DNA of 64,000 bases from Candidatus Limnocylindrales bacterium. Its GTDB lineage: Bacteria > Chloroflexota > Limnocylindria > Limnocylindrales > CSP1-4. Shown piece by piece: positions 8,557 through 16,930 of the stretch. The position numbers were made by a program, and so were the translations under genes. Position 1 is the stretch's first letter; every line of letters begins with the position of its first letter. The stretch spans positions 7,728 through 71,727 of the forward strand of contig JBPPMZ010000088.1 of the NCBI GenBank assembly GCA_051306295.1, given 5' to 3'. The notes beneath the pieces are model-generated. The model was not told the origin of the DNA. It saw only the letters and a list, made by a program, of their open reading frames with translations, and searched no databases.

Positions 8557-9641
8557 GCGTCCTCGGTGCCCTGATAGGCCGACGCGGTCGCTCCGCCAGA
8601 CAGCCCGTGGCGGCGACGCGCCCACCAGACTCGGCCACGAACCGCCGTGTCGTAGACCGTCTTGCCGAGCGGGTCGAGGGTCAGGTCATACGCCCCGATG
8701 TAGCGGACCTCGCGGCCACCGAATCCGGTCTTGAAGTGCGCGATGCCGCCGGTCGCGAGGCCCCACAGGTCGTAACTCGTGGCGCCCTGCTCCCGGGACG
8801 TGCGGATGGCCTCCCACTTGAGCAGATAGTTCGCCCGGGAGTCGCCGCCGGCCTGGGTCATGCCCCCGTACGGCTCGACGACCCGTGGCCCGGCGCGGAC
8901 CAGGAACAAGGTCGCCATCGGCTCACCGTCGGGGGTCTGGGCGAACAGCAGGCGCGCGCGGCCGGACGGCCGATACGCGTCCCACACGTCGCGGTAGGCC
9001 TGTTCCGAGCGGATGAGAAAACCGGCCCGATCGGCGGTCTCGCGGTAGATCCGATAGAACTCGGGCAGGCGATCGCCGTCCGCGTCGACGACCACGATGC
9101 CGGCATTACGCGCCTTGTTCACGTACTGGCGCCACTTCTTGCGGAGCGCCCCGAACAGGGCCTCCTCGTCCGGCGCGAGATCGATGACCCGGGTCGAGGC
9201 AGGCTGGATCGGCGGCGCCGACCGCCAGCCCGCGTCGGCGAGCGCGCGTCGGACGGCGCCATCGGCATCGGGCCCGGCGTCGATCTCGATCTCGGGGTCG
9301 ATGCGCAGGTGCGACACGCGACCGGCCACGACGCCCAACCTGGAGCGCACCAGCGCCGTGAACGTGGCGATCTCATCGGCCGACCAGGTGGCCGCCACCG
9401 GTCCGCGTGGCGCGTAGGCGAATCCCCATGGCAATGGCCGCGGCCGGCGCACGAGGATCTGGGCCCCGACCACGCCCGGCTCATCGAGCCGCTGAGCGCT
9501 CCAGCCGTTGACGGCCTTGACCGTCGCCCAGCCGCCGAGCTGCAGATAGGACCCTGGATCACTCGCCTCGACGAACGCGTCCCAGGCGTCGGCCGGCGGC
9601 GCGGCGGGATCGCTCGTGGGCGGGAACTCGCTCGCCGTCAC
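8553..9641 (-). CDS. FemAB-family peptidoglycan interpeptide-bridge aminoacyltransferase (copy 2)
   Basis: This is the C-terminal part of the 975-aa merged ORF. SYLQLGGWATVKAVNGWSAQRL, RKKWRQYVNKARNAGIVV and NYLLKWEAIRTSREQGATSYDLWG are FemAB-like. The GTG start at 9641 overlaps the murJ stop (GTGA at 9638-9641) and its frame was checked. Confidence 0.8.
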   Translation of the reverse strand: MTASEFPPTSDPAAPPADAWDAFVEASDPGSYLQLGGWATVKAVNGWSAQRLDEPGVVGAQILVRRPRPLPWGFAYAPRGPVAATWSADEIATFTALVRSRLGVVAGRVSHLRIDPEIEIDAGPDADGAVRRALADAGWRSAPPIQPASTRVIDLAPDEEALFGALRKKWRQYVNKARNAGIVVVDADGDRLPEFYRIYRETADRAGFLIRSEQAYRDVWDAYRPSGRARLLFAQTPDGEPMATLFLVRAGPRVVEPYGGMTQAGGDSRANYLLKWEAIRTSREQGATSYDLWGLATGGIAHFKTGFGGREVRYIGAYDLTLDPLGKTVYDTAVRGRVWWARRRHGLSGGATASAYQGTEDA

Positions 9642-11224
9642 GACCGGCGCGGGCGGCGAAGCGCGTCGAGCATGAGCGCGACGATAGAGGGACCCTCGGT
9701 GATCCGCAAGGCGAGGGCCGCCAGCACGAAGGCGCCGCCGAACGCGGCGGTCACGATGAGCAGCGTGGCGGCGAGCGGGACGATGGCGCCCACCCCGCCC
9801 ACGATCGGCGGCGGCAGGAGCGCGTCGGCCACGAGCGCACGCACGCCGAGACCGACCGCACCCGCGACGACGGTCGCGATCGCCGTGCGGACCGCCACCG
9901 ACCCGACGCCGACGAGCGACAGGCCATCCACGCGCCGCTCGAGCAGGATGACGAGGACCCCGGCCTCGAGCCATGCGGCGATCGCGATGGCCAGAGCGAT
10001 GCCCGGCAGGCCGTAGGGCCCGACCAGCAACGCCGCCAGGGTCGTGTTGACGACGACGGCTCCGACGGCCGCGATGACCGGCGTGACCGTGTCCTGGCGC
10101 GCATAGAAGGCCCGCGCGAGCACGGCGATGAGCGCATGCGCCACGAGCCCGATCGTGAAGGCCAGCAGGGTCGCCGCAGTCAAGGCGACCGCGTCCGCCG
10201 AGAACCGTCCGAACAGGAGGGCGACCCCCTCGGTCCGCAGGATCGCGGTCAGGGCGGCGACCGGGATCATCACGAAGACGATGGCCCGCATGGCTCGGGT
10301 CAACAGGCCGACGAAAGCCTCCCGGTCGCCGGTCGCGATCTCGTGCGAGAGCGACGGGAAGAGCACGACCCCGAGGGGCACGCCGATGACCCCGATCGGG
10401 ATCTGGAGGAGCGTGAAGGCGATGGTGAACGCCGTGACAGCGCCGACCCCGAGGCCCGTCGCCAGGGCCGTGACCACGACGAAGGTGATCTGCGATGCCC
10501 CGAGTCCGATCGCCCGCGGGGCCATGAGTCTGAGCGCCCGACGGGCCGCCGGATCGGCCAGGTCGATGGCGGCGACCCAGCGGAAGCCGAGCGCCCGAAC
10601 GGGCACGAACTGGATGGCGAGGTGCCCGAGCGCGCCCAGCACGACACCGATCGCCACGCCGGTCACGCCGAGGCTCGGCGCGAGCAGGATGGCCGCGCCG
10701 ATGATCGCGAGGTTGTAGACGATCGGGGCGATGGCTGCTGCCGCGAACCGCCGCTCGGCGTTGAGCACGCTCGTCGCCACCGACCCCAGGGCGAGGAACG
10801 TCGCCGACAAGAGCATGATCCGCGTGAGATCCACGGTGAGGGCCTGTCTGGCCGGCGTGAACCCCGGCGCGATGACGCCGGCAACAAGCGCGGGGGCCGC
10901 CGCGAACACGACCAACGCCAGGGCCAGCAAGGCGATGAGGATGAGGTTCGCCACCGTGGACACGACCCGCCAGGCCCGAGCACGCTCCTGGGTGGCGAAC
11001 AACTCGGCCAGCAGTGGGATCAGAGCCGTTGACAGGGCGCCGGCCGCGACGAGCTGGAAGAGCAGGTCCGGGATGCGGAACGCCGCGTAGAACGCGTCCA
11101 GTTCCGCCGACGCGCCGAAGGCATTGCCGATGACCACGACCCGCACCCAGCCCAGGAGTCGGGAGACCAGGAAGGCACCTGACACGAGCAGGCCGGCCCG
11201 AGCGAGCGCCTGGTTGGTGCTCAT
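9638..11224 (-). CDS. murJ: Lipid II flippase MurJ (MviN family)
   Basis: MSTNQALARAGLLVSGAFLVSRLLGWVRVVVIGNAFGASAELDAFYAAFRIPDLLF is a canonical MurJ N-terminus and the protein is polytopic. The ATG at 11224 overlaps the xerC stop (ATGA). Confidence 0.85.
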   Translation of the reverse strand: MSTNQALARAGLLVSGAFLVSRLLGWVRVVVIGNAFGASAELDAFYAAFRIPDLLFQLVAAGALSTALIPLLAELFATQERARAWRVVSTVANLILIALLALALVVFAAAPALVAGVIAPGFTPARQALTVDLTRIMLLSATFLALGSVATSVLNAERRFAAAAIAPIVYNLAIIGAAILLAPSLGVTGVAIGVVLGALGHLAIQFVPVRALGFRWVAAIDLADPAARRALRLMAPRAIGLGASQITFVVVTALATGLGVGAVTAFTIAFTLLQIPIGVIGVPLGVVLFPSLSHEIATGDREAFVGLLTRAMRAIVFVMIPVAALTAILRTEGVALLFGRFSADAVALTAATLLAFTIGLVAHALIAVLARAFYARQDTVTPVIAAVGAVVVNTTLAALLVGPYGLPGIALAIAIAAWLEAGVLVILLERRVDGLSLVGVGSVAVRTAIATVVAGAVGLGVRALVADALLPPPIVGGVGAIVPLAATLLIVTAAFGGAFVLAALALRITEGPSIVALMLDALRRPRRS

Positions 11225-12213
11225 GGCGGCGCGCCGCCGACCGCACGGCGGGCGCGCGGATGGGCGTCGCGGTAGGCGTCGCGCAGGCGACCTGGCGACA
11301 CGTGCGTGTAGATCTGGGTCGTGGCCAGGTTCTCGTGGCCGAGTAATTCCTGTACGACCCGCAGGTCCGCTCCCCCGTCCAGCAGGTGGGTCGCGAACGA
11401 GTGACGAAGCGTGTGCGGTGACACCCCGGCCGGCAGGCCCGCATCCCGGCACAGCCGATCCAGGCGGTAGCGGAGGCCACGCACCCCCAGCGGCTCGCCC
11501 CGGTGGTTCAGGAAGACCTCGGTCGGGAGCGCGGCCGGTGCGCGGCGCTGGGCCAGGAGCACGACGCGGGCCTCCTCGAGATAGGCCTCCAGGGCCGCCA
11601 GGGCCGGCCGACCGAGCAGTCCGATGCGCTCCTTGCGGCCCTTGCCCAGCACCCGGATCTCGCCGCGTCGACGGTCCAGCGAGCCCAGGTCCGCGGCGGC
11701 GAGTTCGCTGATCCGGAGGCCGGCGGCATAGGCCGTCTCCACCAGGGCGCGATCACGCAGGGCGAGGGCGACGGCCAGCGCCCCGGCCGACCCGGATCGC
11801 TCCGCCGCGTCGGCCAACTCGCGGTCCACGGCCTGCAGCAATCGGTCGATCTGTTCGGCCTCCAGGACCCGTGGCAGGCGACGCGGCAGACGGGGCGTGG
11901 CGATCGCGCCCCACGGGTCACCCGGTGCCAGGTCTTCGCGAGCGGCCCAGCGGTGGAATGAGCGGATCGCCGCCAGGCGCTGGGCGACCGTCGTGCGCGA
12001 GGCACCAGCCCCCAGCCGGGCGAGATACGCCCGCAGGTCCTTGCGCGCGGGTCGGCGCCAATCCACGTGTCGCTCGGTCAGCCAGTCAAGGTAGGCACCG
12101 ACAGCCGTCGCGTAGGCCCGGCTCGTGTTCGGGGAGGCGTCGCGGGCGGCGAGCGCCTGGAGGAACCGCCGGAGCGCCGGGTGGGTCGCAGGGTCACCCG
12201 CGACCGCCCTCAC
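11221..12213 (-). CDS. xerC: Tyrosine site-specific recombinase, XerC/XerD type
   Basis: N-terminal SAM-like domain (NTSRAYATAVGAYLDWL). The catalytic region carries ...RISELAAADL..., HTLRHSFATHLL and LGHENLATTQIYTHV. The GTG start at 12213 overlaps the topA stop (GTGA at 12210-12213). Confidence 0.85.
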   Translation of the reverse strand: MRAVAGDPATHPALRRFLQALAARDASPNTSRAYATAVGAYLDWLTERHVDWRRPARKDLRAYLARLGAGASRTTVAQRLAAIRSFHRWAAREDLAPGDPWGAIATPRLPRRLPRVLEAEQIDRLLQAVDRELADAAERSGSAGALAVALALRDRALVETAYAAGLRISELAAADLGSLDRRRGEIRVLGKGRKERIGLLGRPALAALEAYLEEARVVLLAQRRAPAALPTEVFLNHRGEPLGVRGLRYRLDRLCRDAGLPAGVSPHTLRHSFATHLLDGGADLRVVQELLGHENLATTQIYTHVSPGRLRDAYRDAHPRARRAVGGAPP

Positions 12214-14642
12214 GCCTCGGCGGCCGGCTCGGCCGGGCGGCTGCGGCGCGCCGCCCCGCGGGCCCCGGTGGATCGGCCACCGCCCCGTGCCCCGGCACGG
12301 GCCGCCCCGCCAGCACGGGCCGGGCGTGCCGGTCGGGCGAGAGCGGCCGGATCGGCCGGGCCCCCGGCGTACCGTTCGCCCGGAGCGACGTCGTCCGGGG
12401 CCGTCTCGCTGGCCGAGCCGCAGACCAGGCAGATCGCCGCCTCGCCCTTGCGGGCCAGCGGGCCGTCGTCGGCGTCGTGGACGCCACCCAGGGGCTCGAA
12501 GTTGGTCGTGAAGTCGCACTTCGGGTACTTGGAGCACCCCCAGAAGACGTTCCCCGTGCGCCGGGCGCGACGCGGCACGAGGTGCCCGTCCTTGTTCTTG
12601 GGGCAGATGACCTCGAACGGCAGCGGTTCGGGGGGCGGCGGACCGTCCTTCTTGATGAACTTGCAGTCGGGGTAGCGGGAACAGCCCACGAACGGCCCGA
12701 AGCGTCCGGTCTTGCTGACCAGCGTGCCCTCGCCACACTCGGGACAGACCTCCCCGGTCCCGGCCTGGGGCGGCAGCTCATCGCCCGGCACCGGCCGGGT
12801 CTCCTTGTGCTCCGGATAGAGGGAGCAGGCCAGGAAGGGGCCGTTGCGGCCCAGCCGGATGACCATCGGGTGACCCAGGGAGCAGACCTCGTCGGTCGGG
12901 GTGGACTTGTACTCGTCACCGATCTCATCGAGCTTCTCGGCCACGCGGTCGCGGAGGGGCGGGTAGAACGCCTGCAGGAACGGGACCCAGCCGCGCTCGC
13001 CGCCGGCGACCTCGTCGAGCTCCTCCTCCATCCGGGCCGTGAAGGCCACGTCCACGTAGTCGCCGAAGTGCTTGACGAGCAGGTCAGTGACGACCTCGGC
13101 AACGGGCTCGGGATGGAGCCGCCGCTCCTCGACCCGCAGGTAGCCCCGATCGGTGATGGTCGAGATCGTCGCGGCGTACGTTGACGGCCGGCCGATGCCG
13201 TGCTCCTCGAGCGCCTTGATGAGCGTCGCCTCGGTGAAGCGCGGCGGCGGCTCGGTGAAGTGCTGGGACGGGGTGACGGCCTCGACCGTCGTCACGGCGC
13301 CTTCGGCGAGATCTGGGAGCTTCGCGCCGGCCTCTTCGTCGTCATCCGTCGAGGCGTCGTCGCGGCCTTCGGTGTAGACGATGGAGAAGCCATCGAACAG
13401 CACCTTCGTGGCCGACGCGCGCAGCTCGTAGCGGCCGTCCGCCAGGTCGATGGTCGTGGTCTCGAGTTCCTTGGGCGCCATCTGCGAAGCCAGCGCACGC
13501 TGCCAGATGAGTCGATACAGGCGCGCCTCATCGGACTGGAGGAATGGCGTCATCGCGTCCGGATCGCGTCGGAAACTGGTCGGGCGGACCGACTCGTGGG
13601 CTTCCTGGGCCCCCTTGGCCTTGGTCTTGTAGACCCGGCCCTTGGGCATCGTGTAGCGCTCGCCGTAGCGCTCGCCGATGACCTCGCGCGCCTCGCCCAT
13701 GGCGATACCCGCGATGGCGGTCGAGTCCGTGCGCATGTAGGTGATCAGGCCGACATGCCCGTCCGGCGTCTCGACACCCTCGTACAGGCGTTGCGCCACG
13801 GACATCGTGCGCTTGGGGCTGAAGCCGAGCCGCCGGCTGGCCTCCTGCTGGAGCGTCGAGGTCGTGAACGGCGCGGCCGGCGAGCGCTTCTGGGCCTTGA
13901 GGCCGAGCTTGGTGACGACCGGCCGGAGGTCCCGGATGGCGGCGACGTGCGCGTCGGAGGTGGCCGCGTCCGCGATCTCGATCGCCGCGCCGTCGATCCG
14001 GAGGAGGTCCGCGCTGAACGTCTCGCCGGCGGCCGTCGCCAGGGTAGCCTCGATGGTCCAGTACTCGCGGGCGGTGAAGGCGCGGATGGCGCGCTCGCGC
14101 TCGACGACCAGGCGCACCGCCACGGACTGCACCCGGCCGGCGGACAGGCCGCGCTGGACCTTCTTGCCGAGCAGCGGGCTCAGCGTGTAGCCGACCAGGC
14201 GGTCGACGATGCGCCGGGTCTGTTGGGCGTCGACCAGGTTCTGGTCGATGTCGCGCGGGTGGGCGAAGGCCTCGCGGATGGCGGGCTCCGTGATCTCGCT
14301 GAAGGTGACCCGGCGCGTCTTGGCGATGGGCACGTGCGCGGCCTCGGCCACATGCCACGCGATCGCCTCGCCCTCGCGGTCAAGGTCGGTCGCGAGATAG
14401 ACCATGTCCGACTTCTTGGCGGCCTTCTCGATATCGCTGACCTGCTTGCGCCGATCCTCGCTGATCACGTAGTCAGGCGCGAAGTCGTTGTCGACGTCCA
14501 CGCCGAACTTGCCCTTGCCCGGGTTCTCCGGCAGGTCGCGGACGTGGCCGTAGGAGGCGAGGACGGAGTAGTCGCTGCCCAAGTAGCGCTCGATGGTGCG
14601 CGCCTTGGCCGGCGATTCGACGATGACGAGGTTCTTTGGCAC
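12210..14642 (-). CDS. topA: DNA topoisomerase I
   Basis: TOPRIM N-terminus KNLVIVESPAKARTIERYLG, a type IA core, and C-terminal Cys4 zinc-ribbon repeats (CPECGEG...CSRYPDC, CPKNKDG...CSKYPKC). The start is given at GTG 14642 (VPKNLVIV). The in-frame ATG at 14705 would add 21 non-conserved residues, so the start is uncertain. Confidence 0.9.
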   Translation of the reverse strand: MPKNLVIVESPAKARTIERYLGSDYSVLASYGHVRDLPENPGKGKFGVDVDNDFAPDYVISEDRRKQVSDIEKAAKKSDMVYLATDLDREGEAIAWHVAEAAHVPIAKTRRVTFSEITEPAIREAFAHPRDIDQNLVDAQQTRRIVDRLVGYTLSPLLGKKVQRGLSAGRVQSVAVRLVVERERAIRAFTAREYWTIEATLATAAGETFSADLLRIDGAAIEIADAATSDAHVAAIRDLRPVVTKLGLKAQKRSPAAPFTTSTLQQEASRRLGFSPKRTMSVAQRLYEGVETPDGHVGLITYMRTDSTAIAGIAMGEAREVIGERYGERYTMPKGRVYKTKAKGAQEAHESVRPTSFRRDPDAMTPFLQSDEARLYRLIWQRALASQMAPKELETTTIDLADGRYELRASATKVLFDGFSIVYTEGRDDASTDDDEEAGAKLPDLAEGAVTTVEAVTPSQHFTEPPPRFTEATLIKALEEHGIGRPSTYAATISTITDRGYLRVEERRLHPEPVAEVVTDLLVKHFGDYVDVAFTARMEEELDEVAGGERGWVPFLQAFYPPLRDRVAEKLDEIGDEYKSTPTDEVCSLGHPMVIRLGRNGPFLACSLYPEHKETRPVPGDELPPQAGTGEVCPECGEGTLVSKTGRFGPFVGCSRYPDCKFIKKDGPPPPEPLPFEVICPKNKDGHLVPRRARRTGNVFWGCSKYPKCDFTTNFEPLGGVHDADDGPLARKGEAAICLVCGSASETAPDDVAPGERYAGGPADPAALARPARPARAGGAARAGARGGGRSTGARGAARRSRPAEPAAEA

Positions 14643-14732
14643 GGCCGGGAGTGTAGCACCGGGTCCTGCACGGACCCTTACCCACGATCCGGCGCTCCAG
14701 GGCACCGCGCGTCACGCCCGAAGGGCGTGCTT

Positions 14733-15077
14733 TTAGACCTCGCGGATCCGGCGCAGGAAGTCCTCGTCGATCTCCAGGTCCGCCTCGTCCTCGGCCTCGG
14801 GGGCCGGGGCCGGGGCGGCGCCGACCGCGACACCGACCGGGCCGTCCGACTCGAATTCCGTGCCCGCCAACGATGCCGGCATGAGCTCGACGAAGCGCAG
14901 GTTGAGGTACGGGAAGAAGAACACCGACATCGAGTCATCGACGAAGACCGGGCGCTTGCCGTTCATCGTGCGCAGGTTCGTGCAGCGCAGGACGACGTCG
15001 CCAGGCGTCGGCATCTCGAACAGATCGGCGAGCATCGGCTGCTCGTTCATGATGTGCAGGACGGCGTTGCGGATCAT
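14733..15077 (-). CDS. Small hypothetical protein (114 aa) with an acidic C-terminal tail
   Basis: The ORF was trimmed to the internal ATG 15077: MIRNAVLHIMNEQPMLADLFEMP...EAEDEADLEIDEDFLRRIREV. It is on the same strand as topA and directly upstream of it. I recognise no motif. Confidence 0.45.
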   Translation of the reverse strand: MIRNAVLHIMNEQPMLADLFEMPTPGDVVLRCTNLRTMNGKRPVFVDDSMSVFFFPYLNLRFVELMPASLAGTEFESDGPVGVAVGAAPAPAPEAEDEADLEIDEDFLRRIREV

Positions 15078-15130
15078 GGACGGATGGTGCGCCGGCGCGC
15101 CGACCGGCGGCAGGGCCCGATGGTCCCGGT

Positions 15131-16864
15131 CTAGGGGTGGTAGAAGTCGACCACCAGGCGGACCCGCCCGCCCGACACCCACACGCCGATGCCCACGCGG
15201 TCGTACTTGGCGTTCATCAGGTTCACGTAGTGGCCGCCTTGCGGGCTCCAGCTCCGCTCACTCTGGAAGTAGAGGTGGCTGCCCAGGACGGCGGACTTGG
15301 GGCTGCCGGACCGGCAACCCAGGTTCTCCGCCCACGTGTAGTTCGTGTAGCCGGCCCGACGCAGACGATCTCCTGGGTTACCCCCGCTGAAGTGGGTGCA
15401 CAGGTTGTTGACGGCCAGCTTCTTGGCGTACGGGCGGGCGACCTTCGAGCTGATCCCGCTGTCCAGCTTGAGCGCGGCCACGTTGCGGCCGCCAGGGCTG
15501 CTGCACGATCCGGTGGAGGTCACGATCCCACCGGTCCGAGTGCAGTTCATGAGACCCAGGTAGTAGCGCTCGACGGCAGTCCAACTCCCGGATCCGACCG
15601 AACCACCGCCCGAGCTCCCGCCGGACGACGGCTTGGGGGCGGCCGGCTTGGGGGCGGCCGGCTTGGGAACCGTCCGGAAGGCAGCGCTCGAGGCGGCATC
15701 CAGGGGCGCGCCCTCGACACTGCTCGCGCCGGCACCGACCGTGGCCAGGATGCGGGCGTCGTACGGCAGGGCTGCGGCCGGATCGAAGACGAGGACCTTG
15801 TCGTCCTCGGCGAAGCTGATCGCGCCGTCGATCGCCTTGCCGTCGACGGTCACGGAGAACGCTCGCTTCGTCGAAGCGCGATCCATCGAGCGGGTGAACC
15901 TGACCGAGATGACCTGGTCGCGCGGGACGTCCTGGCTGCTGGCCAGCGGACGGAAGCGGACGACTGACGGAGCGCCGATGGTCTTGACCGATATCGACGC
16001 GGCTTCGAGCGCCACGCCGTTCGTGTCGCGCACCCCGTCCACGATCAGCCGATACGTCCGGTCGGGCCGGAGCGGGGCCGTCGGAGTGAACCTGAAGCGC
16101 GCGGCACCCTCCACCGACGGGTCGGCCGTGACGGTGCCCGGGGCAGGCGGATCAAGTCGGATGGCGCCCTCCACGGTGGCGGGATCGACGGCCCGGTCGA
16201 AGGCGATGGCGAAGGCGGTCGAGGCGGCCACGCGCTTGCCGACGACCGTGGTCGCAGCGACCACCGCGATCCCCGGCGCCCGCGTCAGGAAACTCGCTCG
16301 AGCGGGCGTGGTCGTCGGCCGACCCGTCCGGGCCAGTGCGCCCGGCTGGACCGTGATGGTGTGGTACGTGCCCGGGGCCCAGTGGCCGGATGGGAGGATC
16401 GAGAGGGTCATGTCGTCGGCGGACCACAGCAGGGTCACGGGCGTCCTGGGCTCGACGGTCAGGGCCGCCTCCACCGACGCACGCTCCATCGGCGTGCTGA
16501 AGACGATGGTCGCCGGCGCGTCTACCTCGACCCCGGTCGCGACGGCGGTCCGGAAGGCCGCCTGCGTCAGAGGCACGATCGTCGAAGGTGGCGTGGCGGT
16601 GGTGAGCGTCGGTCGAGCCAGCGCGATCGCCCCAAGTCCGATCGCCGCACCCAGGCCGAGCGCGACGCCACCGCGAACGAGCGGCGAGGTCCGCAGCAGC
16701 GAGCCGACATATACGACGGCAAGCACGGGTGTGGCGAGGATCGCGAGGGCGAATTTCCGCAATGGACCCACCGGGCTGCGAACGGTCGGACAGCGGTCTG
16801 GTGCCCGGGATGGGGGCGGACCGCTCGAGTCGCGCTGGGGCGCGAACCAGCCCGAGGGTAGCAC
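15131..16864 (-). CDS. Membrane-anchored or secreted protein with tandem bacterial Ig-like (SbsA/Big_5-type) repeats and a C-terminal CAP/SCP (PR-1-like) domain
   Basis: N-terminal hydrophobic anchor LRKFALAILATPVLAVVYVG. Repeated ...FS.PM.RASVE.A..V.P... units. A PKPAAPKPAAPKPSSGGSSGGGS linker. C-terminal YYLGLMNCTR...HYVNLMNAKYDRVGIGVW is typical of CAP domains. Confidence 0.7.
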   Translation of the reverse strand: MLPSGWFAPQRDSSGPPPSRAPDRCPTVRSPVGPLRKFALAILATPVLAVVYVGSLLRTSPLVRGGVALGLGAAIGLGAIALARPTLTTATPPSTIVPLTQAAFRTAVATGVEVDAPATIVFSTPMERASVEAALTVEPRTPVTLLWSADDMTLSILPSGHWAPGTYHTITVQPGALARTGRPTTTPARASFLTRAPGIAVVAATTVVGKRVAASTAFAIAFDRAVDPATVEGAIRLDPPAPGTVTADPSVEGAARFRFTPTAPLRPDRTYRLIVDGVRDTNGVALEAASISVKTIGAPSVVRFRPLASSQDVPRDQVISVRFTRSMDRASTKRAFSVTVDGKAIDGAISFAEDDKVLVFDPAAALPYDARILATVGAGASSVEGAPLDAASSAAFRTVPKPAAPKPAAPKPSSGGSSGGGSVGSGSWTAVERYYLGLMNCTRTGGIVTSTGSCSSPGGRNVAALKLDSGISSKVARPYAKKLAVNNLCTHFSGGNPGDRLRRAGYTNYTWAENLGCRSGSPKSAVLGSHLYFQSERSWSPQGGHYVNLMNAKYDRVGIGVWVSGGRVRLVVDFYHP

Positions 16865-16930
16865 CAGCCTCCAACGGCAGGCAAGGGCCGGGCCGCACGG
16901 GCGGTGCCCAGATGTCGCTCCCTGGCATCG

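Noticed and set aside
8418-10016. A 532-aa + strand ORF, and the N-terminal two-thirds of the 975-aa minus-strand ORF (9642-11480)
   Set aside because: The 975-aa ORF is a read-through of an alternative frame across murJ. Only its last 362 codons (8553-9641) look like a FemAB protein, and these start at a GTG coupled to the murJ stop. The + ORF is antisense junk.
14643-14705. A 21-codon N-terminal extension of topA from ATG 14705
   Set aside because: The conserved TOPRIM N-terminus begins at VPKNLVIVESPAKA (GTG 14642) and the extension has no conserved character. Neither start has a good RBS, so the shorter form is only preferred, not proven.
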